A stretch of 64,000 nucleotides of DNA from positions 263,451 through 327,450 of the forward strand of contig CAVXPZ010000004.1 of NCBI GenBank assembly GCA_963763775.1, read 5' to 3'. Shown here piece after piece: positions 19,581-29,220 of this stretch. Each line of letters begins with the position of its first letter. Position 1 is the stretch's first letter. The stretch is from an uncultured Chloroflexia bacterium. Lineage in GTDB: Bacteria > Chloroflexota > Limnocylindria > Limnocylindrales > CSP1-4. The notes under the pieces were generated by a model. That model worked only from the letters and a program-made list of their open reading frames with translations, had not been told where the DNA came from and did not search any database. The position numbers and the translations under genes are program-made.

Positions 19581-19934
19581 ATGCTTCGCGTCGGTTCGAT
19601 CGTCATCCGCGTCGACGACCTCCCGCTCCAGCGGGCGTTCTGGACGGCGGCCCTCGGGTACGTGGCGCGCGACGGCGATGGCGACGACTTCGCCCTGCTC
19701 CACCCGCCCGACCGGAACGGGCCGAACGTGTCCCTCGACAAGGTCCGTTCCACGGTCCAGATCCCGCCGCGGATCCATCTCGACCTGTACGCCGAGGACC
19801 AGGCGGCCGAGGTCGCGCGGCTCATCGCGCTCGGCGCCACCGAAGTCCATTGGGACAAGCGCCCGGCCGATGCCGACTACGTGATCCTCGCCGACCCCGA
19901 GGGCAACCGCTTCTGCGTGATCGACGCGAGCTAG
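19581..19934 (+). CDS. VOC family protein
   Basis: 117 aa. IVIRVDDLPLQRAFW...HLDLY...LADPEGNRFCV. Confidence 0.85.
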   Translation: MLRVGSIVIRVDDLPLQRAFWTAALGYVARDGDGDDFALLHPPDRNGPNVSLDKVRSTVQIPPRIHLDLYAEDQAAEVARLIALGATEVHWDKRPADADYVILADPEGNRFCVIDAS

Positions 19935-19998
19935 GTCGAGCTGGGCCGCCGCGCACGGGACGCGCGACACGAGCCGCGCGAGCCGCCAAGATACGGGC

Positions 19999-20274
19999 AT
20001 GACGACCGACGAGATGCCCTGCACGCACCTGGACCAGATCCACGAGGTGACCCCGTCGGCCGAGGGCTGCGAGGACTGCCTCCGGATCGGCGGCCGGTGG
20101 GTCCATCTGCGGCTGTGCCTGACGTGCGGGCACGTCGGCTGCTGCGACTCGTCGCCGAACCGTCACGCCTCCAAGCACGCTCGGGAGGTCGGCCACCCGA
20201 TCGTCCGCTCCTTCGAGCCGGGCGAGGACTGGGTGTGGTGCTTCGTCGACGAAGTGGCCCTCGAGCTCGCCTGA
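19999..20274 (+). CDS. stand-alone UBP-type zinc-finger (ZnF-UBP) protein
   Basis: 91 aa. CTHL...CEDC...WVHLRLCLTCGHVGCCDSSPNRHASKHA matches the ZnF-UBP Cys/His pattern. Confidence 0.85.
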   Translation: MTTDEMPCTHLDQIHEVTPSAEGCEDCLRIGGRWVHLRLCLTCGHVGCCDSSPNRHASKHAREVGHPIVRSFEPGEDWVWCFVDEVALELA

Positions 20275-20314
20275 GCCCGCGGCGTCAGGCGGTCGTCGGA
20301 GACGACGCCGGCGG

Positions 20315-20761
20315 TCACGCGGCCGCCTCGATCGGGACCTGCTGCAGGCGCCAGTCGCGCTTGACCTCCTGGACCAGCCACGTGTTGCCGTCCGGGTCCT
20401 GGAACGTCGCGAACGTGGCGTAGCTGCGCCGCTCCGGGTCCACCCCGGCCTCCTGGCCCGCCTCGCCGTAGTGGAAGATCTCACTGACCGTCATGCCGCG
20501 CCCGACCAGCTCGGCGCGCGCCGCCTCGATGTCGCTGACGATCAGGTGCAGGCCCTGCAGCGAGCCCGGGGGCATCGTGCCGATCCCGACGCCGATGGCG
20601 ATCGCGCAGGCCGATCCGGGCGGGACGAGCTGGACGACGCGGAACTCCGGTCCGTGGCTCGAGTCGACCAGCAGTTCGAAGCCGGCCTGCTCCATGTAGA
20701 AGGCCTTGGCGCGGTCGACGTCACTGACGGGGACGACGATGAGCTCGAGTGTCCAATCCAT
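20315..20761 (-). CDS. VOC family protein (paralog of 23753..24193)
   Basis: 148 aa from ATG 20761 (MDWTLELIVVPVSDVDRAKAFY...FQDPDGNTWLVQE). Confidence 0.85.
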   Translation of the reverse strand: MDWTLELIVVPVSDVDRAKAFYMEQAGFELLVDSSHGPEFRVVQLVPPGSACAIAIGVGIGTMPPGSLQGLHLIVSDIEAARAELVGRGMTVSEIFHYGEAGQEAGVDPERRSYATFATFQDPDGNTWLVQEVKRDWRLQQVPIEAAA

Positions 20762-20941
20762 GGGCCTGTGCCTCCAGTCCGGTGCGGCCGGGCGGCCGGA
20801 CGGCCGATCTCCCGTGACGACACAGGGTGGCAGGACTCGGCGGACCCTGCCGTCGCGGGCCTCGACGGCGTGACCAGCTGGAATCATCGAGGCCCGCCAG
20901 TCGGGGACCGACCGGCGGGCCTGGAGCGCTCGGGAAGGTCC

Positions 20942-23593
20942 CTAGCGGACCGTGATGAACTTGTCGACGTCGACCCTCGGGTGACCGGACGTGCCGCTCA
21001 CCTTGATCGTGATCGTCCGCTTGGCGCTGGACGTCCACGACCACGACCCGACGACCTTCGATGCCTGGCTCGTCGCCGAGAACAGGCTGATCGAGCCGAC
21101 GAACTTGCCGTTGATGTAGACCTTGGCGCTGCCGCGGGTCGGGCCCGTCGGCGCGGCGAGGACCACCTGCCGACCGGTGAAGGTCAGGCTGGCCTTGCGG
21201 CCGCTGACCGAGGCGAAGTGCGTCGTGCCACCGGCGTACGACGTGCTCCGCGACGTGCTCCACGACCCGGTGTACTTCACCGTGGACACGGTGTCCTGGT
21301 AGCCGCCGAGATGGAACGTGGTGCCCATGACCCAGGCCGACTCGTTGCCGGCCGCGTCGACGGCGCGGACGCGGAACCGGTAGTCCTTACCGGTGGACAG
21401 CGCGCGGTCCAGGTGCTTGTTCGCGGTGGCGCCGACGGTCACCCACGCACCGGTGTTGGTCCTCTGGGCGAGGACGTAGTGGTCGATGCCGCTGCCGGCG
21501 TCGGCTCCGGTCCAGCTGATCCGGATGACCGGCGACGCGCCGTGGAGCGCGAGGCCGACCGGGATGGAGCGCTTCGGCGCCGTGACGGTGGGCTTGGTCG
21601 TGTCCGGCCGGAGGCCGAAGAACACGCCCACTCGGCCGTCGAGCGAGTCGGAGTCCCACGAGACAGCGCCGGGGGCGCCGACCGCCGGGTCGCCGATGCC
21701 GTCGCCGTCGACGTCGCCGATCGCGACGGCGTCACCCGCGAAGGCATGTGTCACGTCGCCGTCGATACGCACCCAGTGCGTGTCGAGGACGTCGAAGTTC
21801 TCGTCCGTCAGGACGGCGGCGCCGCGGACCAGGAAGGCGCTCCCAGCGCCCTCGCCGTTGTTCCCGTCGAGCGCGGCGCCGATGAGGGCGTCCGATCGCC
21901 CGTCGTGGTTCGTGTCGCCCATCGCCACGTCGTTGCCGAGCGTGTCGGAGGGTGCCGCGATGCGAAGGACGCGGGCGCTGGTGGAGGTCGCGAGGTGGTC
22001 GATCGAGGTGTTCGTGCTGGCGCCGCGGACGATGGAGGCCGCCCAGTCGAAGCCGGGGTGCACGATGACGATGTCGGCGAAGCCGTCGCCGTCCATGTCG
22101 CCGCTGCCGACCGCGGTGATCCCGAGGTCCTCGTCGCCACCGATCTTGAAGCCCTGGCCCGATGTGAGCGCACTGGCGTCGATGTTCGACATGGCGGTCT
22201 GGCCGTAGACCACGGTCGCGTTCGAGCCGTGCCCGGTGCCGGAGCCGATGACGACGTCCGCACGGGTGTCGCCGTTGACGTCGCCACCGGCGACGGAGGA
22301 ACCGCTGCCGGCACCCGCGCCGGAGATGTGGACGCCGCGAGCGGCGAGGGCCGCCAGGTTGACGTTGGTGAACGAGGTCCCGCCGAACACGACGTCGACG
22401 CCGCCGGCGCCACTGGCGAGACCCGGGGAGCCGATCACGATGTCGTCGTGGCCGTCGCCGTTGACGTCGCCCACGCCCGCGATCGCGCGGCCGGTCAGGT
22501 CGCCCGCCGTGGATCCGGTGATCGTCGCGCCCTGCGCGGCGGTCATCGTGGTCACGTCGAGGTCGGCGATCGTCGCCGAGCCGAAGACGACGTACACGAC
22601 GCCCTTGCCCGAGGCGGCGCCCTCGGCGCCGATCAGGAGGTCATCGATGCCGTCGCCGTTGAGGTCGCCGGCGTTCGCGAGCGAGCGGCCGAAGCCGACC
22701 CCGCTCGGTCCGTCGATCCGGATGCCGGCGCCGGCGCCCAGGGCGCCGAGGTCCAGGGTCGCGAAGGTCGCGCGCCCGAAGGCGACGATGACGTACCCCG
22801 GATCGACGACGGGCTGGTTCGAGGTGGTGGTCCCGCCGATCGCGAGATCGGCCTTGCCGTCATGGTTGAGGTCGGGGGTGCCGATGGCGCCGCCGAGCTG
22901 GTCGCCGCCCGCAGGGCCGTCGAGCCGGATGACGGCGTCGGCGACCGAGGCGACGTTCGCCGTGGCGCGCACGTTGATCCGCCCGTCCGTGGTGGCCCCG
23001 TCCTTGTCGGTGGACTGCACGCCGACCAGCGTCGTCGTGGAGTCGGGCCACTGGCAGCGGAGGGTCTTCACGTCGGGATCGGCGGTGTCGCCCGTCGCCT
23101 TGACGGTCCCGGTGCCGCAGTCGGCCGTGTTGGTCAGCGTGTCGCCCGGCACATCCGTGGCGGTGTACTCGAAGACGCGGTCCGACGCCGAGAAGATCGG
23201 CACGAAGTGGGGGCCGGTCGTGGACGCGACCGGCGGGATGTTCAGCGCGTTGACCGTGAAGGTCGCGGTGTTGAAGCCGTCCGTGTCGGTCGCCTTGACG
23301 GTCACGACGGTCGATGCAGGCCCGTCAGGAACGGGCATCGACCAGATCCACCGTCCCGCGTTGTCGGGGTCGGCCTCGATGGTGCCGACGTCCGCGGAGA
23401 GCGTGACGGTGTCGCCGTCGGCCTCGGTGAACGTCCCGCCCATCTCGGCGGTCTGGCCCTCGTCGACGTCGACGGTAGCGGCATCGACCGTGATGTCGGG
23501 CGGCGTGGCCGCCAGCACCGCCGGACCCATCGCCATCGCGGCGAGGAGGAGGACGGCGAACGTGGCAATGAAGCGGCGGCGGCGCAAGCGCAT
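20942..23593 (-). CDS. secreted FG-GAP (integrin-alpha-like) repeat protein with N-terminal Ig/cadherin-like and C-terminal FN3-like and beta-rich domains
   Basis: Start MRLRRRRF at 23593 with a signal peptide. At least 6 FG-GAP calcium-binding loops (GDLNGDGIDDLLIG, GDVNGDGHDDIVIG, GDVNGDTRADVVIG, GDMDGDGFADIVIV, GDTNHDGRSDALIG, GDVDGDGIGDPAVG). The frame is intact across the whole gene. Confidence 0.9.
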   Translation of the reverse strand: MRLRRRRFIATFAVLLLAAMAMGPAVLAATPPDITVDAATVDVDEGQTAEMGGTFTEADGDTVTLSADVGTIEADPDNAGRWIWSMPVPDGPASTVVTVKATDTDGFNTATFTVNALNIPPVASTTGPHFVPIFSASDRVFEYTATDVPGDTLTNTADCGTGTVKATGDTADPDVKTLRCQWPDSTTTLVGVQSTDKDGATTDGRINVRATANVASVADAVIRLDGPAGGDQLGGAIGTPDLNHDGKADLAIGGTTTSNQPVVDPGYVIVAFGRATFATLDLGALGAGAGIRIDGPSGVGFGRSLANAGDLNGDGIDDLLIGAEGAASGKGVVYVVFGSATIADLDVTTMTAAQGATITGSTAGDLTGRAIAGVGDVNGDGHDDIVIGSPGLASGAGGVDVVFGGTSFTNVNLAALAARGVHISGAGAGSGSSVAGGDVNGDTRADVVIGSGTGHGSNATVVYGQTAMSNIDASALTSGQGFKIGGDEDLGITAVGSGDMDGDGFADIVIVHPGFDWAASIVRGASTNTSIDHLATSTSARVLRIAAPSDTLGNDVAMGDTNHDGRSDALIGAALDGNNGEGAGSAFLVRGAAVLTDENFDVLDTHWVRIDGDVTHAFAGDAVAIGDVDGDGIGDPAVGAPGAVSWDSDSLDGRVGVFFGLRPDTTKPTVTAPKRSIPVGLALHGASPVIRISWTGADAGSGIDHYVLAQRTNTGAWVTVGATANKHLDRALSTGKDYRFRVRAVDAAGNESAWVMGTTFHLGGYQDTVSTVKYTGSWSTSRSTSYAGGTTHFASVSGRKASLTFTGRQVVLAAPTGPTRGSAKVYINGKFVGSISLFSATSQASKVVGSWSWTSSAKRTITIKVSGTSGHPRVDVDKFITVR

Positions 23594-23752
23594 CAGCGCA
23601 TCTCCTCGTCTCGGGCGAGTGGTCCTTTTGGGCCAGGGTCGCATCCGTATGGGCTACGTCCCGCAACGTCACCACGGCCCGGCCCAAAGGTCAAGCGACT
23701 TCGGTGCGCCCCCGCACCTGAACCGTCGATCCGGCGGGGCCGGCCGGCCGGG

Positions 23753-24193
23753 TCAGAGCTCGACGCCCTCGCCGTAGCGCTCGCGGTGGTCGAGCGGGAT
23801 CAGCGGTTTCTCGCCACGGGCCTTGATCTGCTGGACCGACCACGTGTTCCCGTCGGGGTCCGTGAAACCGAAGAACGTGCCGCCATCGCGCTCGTCGAAG
23901 ACGGTCATCTCGCTGACCTCCACACCGCGGTCGACGAGCTCCTGCCGGGCCGCCTGCGCATCGGCGACCACCAGCTGCAGGCCGCGCATCGATCCCGGCG
24001 CCATCTCGCGCTGCGACGGGAGATCGCCGATGACGATCGAGCAGCCCGAGCCGTTGGGCGTGAGCTGGACGACATGCATCCATTCGTTGGTCGTGTCGTG
24101 GTCGAGGTGGAAGCCCACCTTGTCGCGATAGAACGCGACCGCGGCATCGATGTCGGCGACGGGCAGCAGCACGACTTCGAGGGTCCAATCCAT
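23753..24193 (-). CDS. VOC family protein (paralog of 20315..20761)
   Basis: 146 aa. MDWTLEVVLLPVADIDAAVAFY...FTDPDGNTWSVQQ. Confidence 0.85.
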   Translation of the reverse strand: MDWTLEVVLLPVADIDAAVAFYRDKVGFHLDHDTTNEWMHVVQLTPNGSGCSIVIGDLPSQREMAPGSMRGLQLVVADAQAARQELVDRGVEVSEMTVFDERDGGTFFGFTDPDGNTWSVQQIKARGEKPLIPLDHRERYGEGVEL

Positions 24194-24229
24194 GCGATCT
24201 CCTCCGGTTCCAGGTCGAGGGAGGCCAGC

Positions 24230-25129
24230 CTACCGGGCGAGGCCCACCGGCGGGCGTTCGCCACCGAAGGCGCCCGGCGTGACGCCGAGGAACCGCTTGA
24301 ACCGGTGCGTCAGGTGCGCCTGGTCGAAGAAGCCCACGTCCGCCGCGACGTCGGCCAACGGGCGGCCATCGAGGATCCGCGTCCGCGCCAGGTCGAGGCG
24401 GCGGGCGACGAGATAGGCGTGCGGCGTGATGTGGAACGCCGCGACGAAGGCGCGCGTGACCTGCGTCGGGCTCGCGTCGAGTCGCCGGGCGGCCGCCGCG
24501 ACGGTGACGGTCTCGGTGACGTGCTCGTCCAGGTAGGCGCGGAAGGCCTCGGCGAGATCGTCCGGTCGGTCCCGCCCGGGGCTAGTGCCCCCGTCCACGG
24601 CCCCGAACGCCTGCTGGATCCGCTCCGCCACGAACGCCAGGCGCGTCTCGGCCTCGAAGGCGTCGTCGACGCAGCCGAGGGCGTCATGGAGCCGCGAGAC
24701 CTGGCGCCGCAGGCCCGGATCCGCGAGCACCGGCTGGTCCACCGCGCGACCGACGAGCGCGTCCCCGATGACCGCCGGCTCCAGGTAGATCGCGCGCTTC
24801 TGGTAGCCGCCCGACCGCCCGGGCCGGCCGTCGTGGACGACGCCCGGCGGCAGCAGGGACACCATCGATGGCTCGGCGCCGCGCGCGTGGCGGTCGAGGT
24901 CGTAGGCGACGGATCCCTCGTCGACCAGGAACAGGGTCCACGTGTCGTGCGTGTGCGGCGGGTAGGCGTGGCTCGCGAACCGCGCCCGCAGCACCTCGCG
25001 GACGCCCGGCACCGGCGGACGCCACGCCCTGACGGAGTCCTCACCCTCGACGGCGATCACCGCAGGATCGTACAAGACCTCGCGCGACAGACGCCGCCTA
25101 CGGTGGCCCGGTGGAACAGCTCCTCGCAC
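24230..25129 (-). CDS. AraC-family transcriptional regulator (start uncertain)
   Basis: N-terminal cupin-like sensor (HAYPPHTHDTW) and C-terminal AraC HTH (GFFDQAHLTHRFKRFLGVTPGAF). The maximal ORF overlaps the divergent LysE start. Internal TTG 25075 and GTG 25060 are alternative starts. Confidence 0.85.
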   Translation of the reverse strand: MRGAVPPGHRRRRLSREVLYDPAVIAVEGEDSVRAWRPPVPGVREVLRARFASHAYPPHTHDTWTLFLVDEGSVAYDLDRHARGAEPSMVSLLPPGVVHDGRPGRSGGYQKRAIYLEPAVIGDALVGRAVDQPVLADPGLRRQVSRLHDALGCVDDAFEAETRLAFVAERIQQAFGAVDGGTSPGRDRPDDLAEAFRAYLDEHVTETVTVAAAARRLDASPTQVTRAFVAAFHITPHAYLVARRLDLARTRILDGRPLADVAADVGFFDQAHLTHRFKRFLGVTPGAFGGERPPVGLAR

Positions 25130-25701
25130 TCGTCGCGTTCTCGTTCGTGAGCTCGGTCACGCCCGGGCCGAACAACGTGCTGTTGTGGGCCTCGGGCGCC
25201 TCGTTCGGGCTTCGGCGGACGCTCCCGCACGTGCTCGGCACGGCGCTCGGGATCGGGGCGATGGCCCTGGCGGCGGCATTCGGTGCCGCGGCCGTCATCG
25301 CGGCCGTGCCGAGCGTCGCGACGCTGATGAAGGTGGCGGGCTCGATCTATCTCGTGTGGCTGGCGTGGCGGATCGCTCGGTCCGGCGCCGTGGACCCGGC
25401 GGACACGGCCGCCCGCCCGCTCGGGTTGTTCGGGGCCGCCGGGTTCCAGATGCTCAATCCGAAGGCGTGGATCTTCGCGCTCGGTGCCGTGACGACGTTC
25501 CGGCTCACCACGTTGCCGGCCACGGTGGGCAGCGGCGTCGTGGCGCTCACGATGATGGCCGTGATCGTGCCGAGTGCGCTGCTCTGGGCCGGCGCGGGCG
25601 GCGCGCTCGGCCGGTTCGTCGAACGGCCGCGAACTCGCCGGATCGTGAACCTCGCGCTCGCCGCGATGTTGCTCGCGACGGTCGGGCTGGTCTGGCTCTA
25701 G
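25111..25701 (+). CDS. LysE/RhtB-family amino-acid exporter
   Basis: 196 aa, with the SVTPGPNNVL motif and six hydrophobic segments. Confidence 0.85.
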   Translation: MEQLLALVAFSFVSSVTPGPNNVLLWASGASFGLRRTLPHVLGTALGIGAMALAAAFGAAAVIAAVPSVATLMKVAGSIYLVWLAWRIARSGAVDPADTAARPLGLFGAAGFQMLNPKAWIFALGAVTTFRLTTLPATVGSGVVALTMMAVIVPSALLWAGAGGALGRFVERPRTRRIVNLALAAMLLATVGLVWL

Positions 25702-25704
25702 GGG

Positions 25705-26094
25705 TCAGTCCCGCGGCTGCAGCACCGAGAGGATGTTCCCGGCCGGGTCGCGGAACCACGCGATGACCGGGCCGCTGTCGCCGCGGGCGATGCCCTTCGG
25801 ATCGGTCTGGATGTACTCGTTGTCGTAGTGCTCCATCGTGACGCCGGCCGCGACCAGCGCGTCGACGGCCGCCTCGATGTCGTCGACGACGATATTCAGC
25901 ACCGTGTAGCCCGCCGGCTGGTGGTTCGGCGACGGGTAGATGATGACCCGCTGGCCGCCCGCGCCGTGGATCTCGAGCAGGCCCATCTCCTGGGCGTCCC
26001 GGACGTCGAGGCCGAGCGTGCCTTCGTAGAACGAGCGAGCCGCCTCGGTATCGACGACGGCGAAACTCGAGAACATCGCGTTGTCCTTGAACAT
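25705..26094 (-). CDS. VOC family protein
   Basis: 129 aa from ATG 26094, preceded by GGAGGA. AVVDTEAARSFYEGTLGL...FRDPAGNILSV. Confidence 0.85.
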   Translation of the reverse strand: MFKDNAMFSSFAVVDTEAARSFYEGTLGLDVRDAQEMGLLEIHGAGGQRVIIYPSPNHQPAGYTVLNIVVDDIEAAVDALVAAGVTMEHYDNEYIQTDPKGIARGDSGPVIAWFRDPAGNILSVLQPRD

Positions 26095-26128
26095 CGGTTC
26101 CTCCATTGATGTGGGCGGTGGCCGGGAC

Positions 26129-27321
26129 CTACGTCCAGGCCACCCGCCAGACGCGCCAAAGAGCGGCGGGATCGGACAGGGGGTCGCCGTGGACGAGGGC
26201 GAAGTCGGCCGGCCCGCCCTCTCGGATGACGCCGGCCTCGGGCTCGCCGAGGAGCTCGCCGCCACGCCACGTGGCGGCCCCGAGGGCTTCCCACGGTGCC
26301 AGCCCGGCCGCGACCAGGCACTCGACCTCCCACGCGAGCTGGTTCGCCCGCGTCGAGCCACCGCCGAAGTCCGTCCCGGTCGCGATCGCGACGCCGGCGG
26401 CGTGCGCGAGCCGGACGCTCTCCTCGGCGCGTTCGCGTCGCACCGCGCCCGCGGCGCGGCGCTCCGGGTCAGTGAACCGCGGGATCGTCGTGGTCGTGCC
26501 GAAGACGCCCCACGACCGGAAGATCGCGAGCGTGGAGACCAGCGCGGTCCCCTTGCGCAGCCATCTCCGCGACAAGGTCCGCGTCGAGCTCCATGCCGTG
26601 CTCGAGCGAGTCCACGCCGGCCGCGACCCCGACACGGGCGCCGGCGATCTCCGAGGAGTGCGCCGTGACCTTGGAGCCGCGCGCGTGGGCGGCCACCACG
26701 ACCGGCGCGACCTCCTCCGCGGTCCACGGGGCGACGCCCCGCTCCGGCCCGTCCAGGTAGAGCTTCAGGAAGTCGGCGCCGTCGTCGAGCTGGCCCATCG
26801 CGTTCCTGAGGAGCTCGTCGGCGTCGCTGGCCGCCACGACCCGCTCGCCCGGGATCGTCCCGGTCCGGTCCAGCCACGTGCCAGCGGCCCGGACCATCGG
26901 GTAGCCGGCTCGGCCGTGCCAACGGTCGCGGACGCCCAGGCTCAGGGCGCGGGTGCGGCCGTCCACGGGATCCGTGACGCGCGGCGCGCCGACGTCGCGT
27001 GCCCATCGGACGCCGGCCGCGGTCATCAGTCGGGCATTGCGCTCGGCGACGTCGAGCATGCGGTCCACGGGGTCGTCGAGGCGCTCGAGCCAGTGCGCCC
27101 CGCCCGGCAGGGTCAGAGTGGCTGTGGCAGTCCACCAGGCCCGGGACGATGGTCGAGCCGCTCGCGTCGACGACCTCTGCCCCTGGCGGGACGGGCCCCT
27201 CGTCGTCGCTCGGGCGGATCCAGGCGATGCGGCCGTCGGTGACGAGCACGCTCACGCCGACGTCGAGGCGATCCGATCGGCCATCGGCGGTGGCGCCGTC
27301 GCGATAGAGGGTGGTGGTCAC
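26129..27321 (-). CDS. metal-dependent amidohydrolase family protein, reading frame broken twice
   Basis: Consecutive parts lie in three ORF-track frames. The first runs from 27321 (MTTTLYRDG...GLVDCHSH), the second is 26469..27068 and the third is 26129..26635 (...ATGTDFGG...FALVHGDPL). The switches are near 27114-27117 and at the CCCC run 26548-26551. Confidence 0.8.
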
Positions 27322-27413
27322 CCGCGCATCCTACGCGCGACGGCCGTCCCGTCTCGCGCGCGACGCGCTCGCCGGCGTGTCAGCCTTGTCGCAGACACGG
27401 AGGAGGTGGCTGG

Positions 27414-28308
27414 ATGAAGATCGGGGTCAACGTCCCGCAAGGCTGGGTCGGCGAGTACGACGGCTGGGATCCGCTCGACGCGTGGCGACGGACCACGGAG
27501 GTCGCCCAGCAAGCCGACCGGCTCGGCTTCGAGTCGATCTGGCTGTTCGACCACTTCACCACGGTCCCCCGCCCCACCGACGAGATCACGTTCGAGTCGT
27601 TCACGGCCCTCTCCGCCCTTGGCCGCTGTGACGACGCGCGTCCGCCTCGGCCACGTCGTGATCTGCACGGCGTTCCGCAATCCGGCGCTCACCGCGAAGA
27701 TGATCTCGACGATGGATGCGATCAGCGGCGGGCGGATGGAGCTCGGCATCGGCGCCGGGTGGAAGCGCGACGAGTGGCGCTCCTACGGCTACGGCTTCCC
27801 CGAGACGAAGGAGCGGCTCGCACGGCTCGGCGACGACCTCGGCGTCATCACGGCGATGCTCGCGGGGGACAAGCACGACCACGCGACGTACGAGGGCCCG
27901 TACGCGCAGGTCCACGACGCGATCAACGTCCCGAAACCCATCCAGCGTCCGCGCGTCCCGATCATGGTCGGCGGCAACGGACCCAACGTGACCTGGCGGC
28001 TCGCGGCGAGGTACGCGGATGAGCTGAACCTCGACGGGTTGTCGCCAGCCGAGGTCGCCGAGGCGCTCCCCGTGATCCGGGCCCGGTGCGAGGAGATCGG
28101 GCGGGACCCGGCCACGCTCCCGGTCTCGGTCCACCTGTGGGGCGAGACGATCGCCAAGCCCGGTGCCTCGCGCGTCGCCGATCTCGCCGGCTACCGCGAG
28201 GTCGGCGTCAGCCGCGTCATGGGCCTGGTCTGGGCGTCGGCGACCAACGACGAGGCCCTGGAGTCGCTCGCGGAGGACGCGCGCGCCGCGGGGATCGAGA
28301 TCGGATAG
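27414..28308 (+). CDS. LLM-class (luciferase-like) F420-dependent oxidoreductase, reading frame broken once
   Basis: The N-terminus is in ORF 27414..28022 (MKIGVNVPQGW...GFESIWLFDHF). The rest is in ORF 27619..28308 (RLGHVVICTAFRNPALTAK...MELGIGAGW). The switch is at GG 27621-27622. Confidence 0.85.
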
Positions 28309-28390
28309 ACCCCGTCACCGGGCAGCCGAACGCCCGGCCGGAGGATCCGACCGGGCGTCGACGGGCGCTGGGCGGCGTACCCGCCCGAGG

Positions 28391-29220
28391 CTACAGCTCG
28401 AGCTTGTCCATGCGCCACGTCGCGAAGGCGACGAGTGCGACCACCGCGATCGCCCACGCGATCGGCGTGACGAACCCGGCATCGGCGCCGGCGCCCATGG
28501 CCGACGGCCCACGTGCAGGATCGAGGTCGGCAGGAAGGCCGAGACATCGACTGGCAGCAGCCCCGCGAGCATCCCCGGCAGGAAGAACGCCGCGATCCCG
28601 ATCGCCGCGACCGCGGCCTGGTTCGAGACGACGGTCGAGGCCGCGAGCACGACCGCGACGATCGAACGCGACCGAGGCGGCGCATCCCGACCGCGGCGAT
28701 GACGACGACGCTCGCGGACGAGCGTCCCGTACAGGACGGCCACGACGGCCGACGATCACGGCGAGCGGCACGATGCCGGCGACGATCGCGATCGACCACC
28801 GAGGCGGCGGCCCACTTCGAGAGCCAGATCGCGCCGCGCGAGACGGGCTTGGAGGCGACCCACGAGAGGGTCCCGCGGTCGCGTTCCGCGACGAGCAGGC
28901 TCATCGACGCGAAGATCGCGACGACGACGAAGATCTGCGAGCCGATGGCCGCCAGGAAGTTGTCGAGCGGGACGAGCGAGACGCTCTTGGGGACGGTCGC
29001 GCCTTCCGGCGACGTTGGCGATGATCCACGTGCGTGATGGCGCCGTTCGCCGCGGAGAGGACCATGAACAGGCGTCGTGACGATGAGGATCACCCACGGC
29101 CGCTTGCCGTGCGCCCACTCGCCGAGGTCCTTGCGGACCATCGGGCCGAAGCCCGATGAGGCGGCCGCTGGGCGAGCGCCCGGCGGTCCGGGCGGAGGAC
29201 GAGACGATCGAGGCGGTCAT
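28391..29220 (-). pseudogene. ABC-2-type transporter permease, about 9 frame changes
   Basis: Hand translation gives recognisable segments (MVRKDLGEWAHGKRPWVILIV / LFMVLSAANGAITHV / IIANVAG / ...NFLAAIGSQIFVVVAIFASMSLLVAERDRGTLSWVASKPVSRGAIWLSKW / IAIVAGIVPLAVIVG / VAVLYGTLV / SIVAVVLAASTVVSNQAAVAAIGIAAFFLPGML... / GFVTPIAWAIAVVALVAFATWRMDKLEL) that alternate among all three frames. ATG 29220 overlaps the ATPase stop. An alternative start is ATG 29141. Confidence 0.7.

Noticed and set aside
20471-25150. 1559 aa ORF on the plus strand, the longest in the track
   Set aside because: It runs antisense to four clearly recognisable minus-strand genes (VOC, FG-GAP, VOC, AraC). Its composition is dominated by R, G, D, A, V and P, and it has no recognisable domain. 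It is a typical shadow ORF of very GC-rich DNA.
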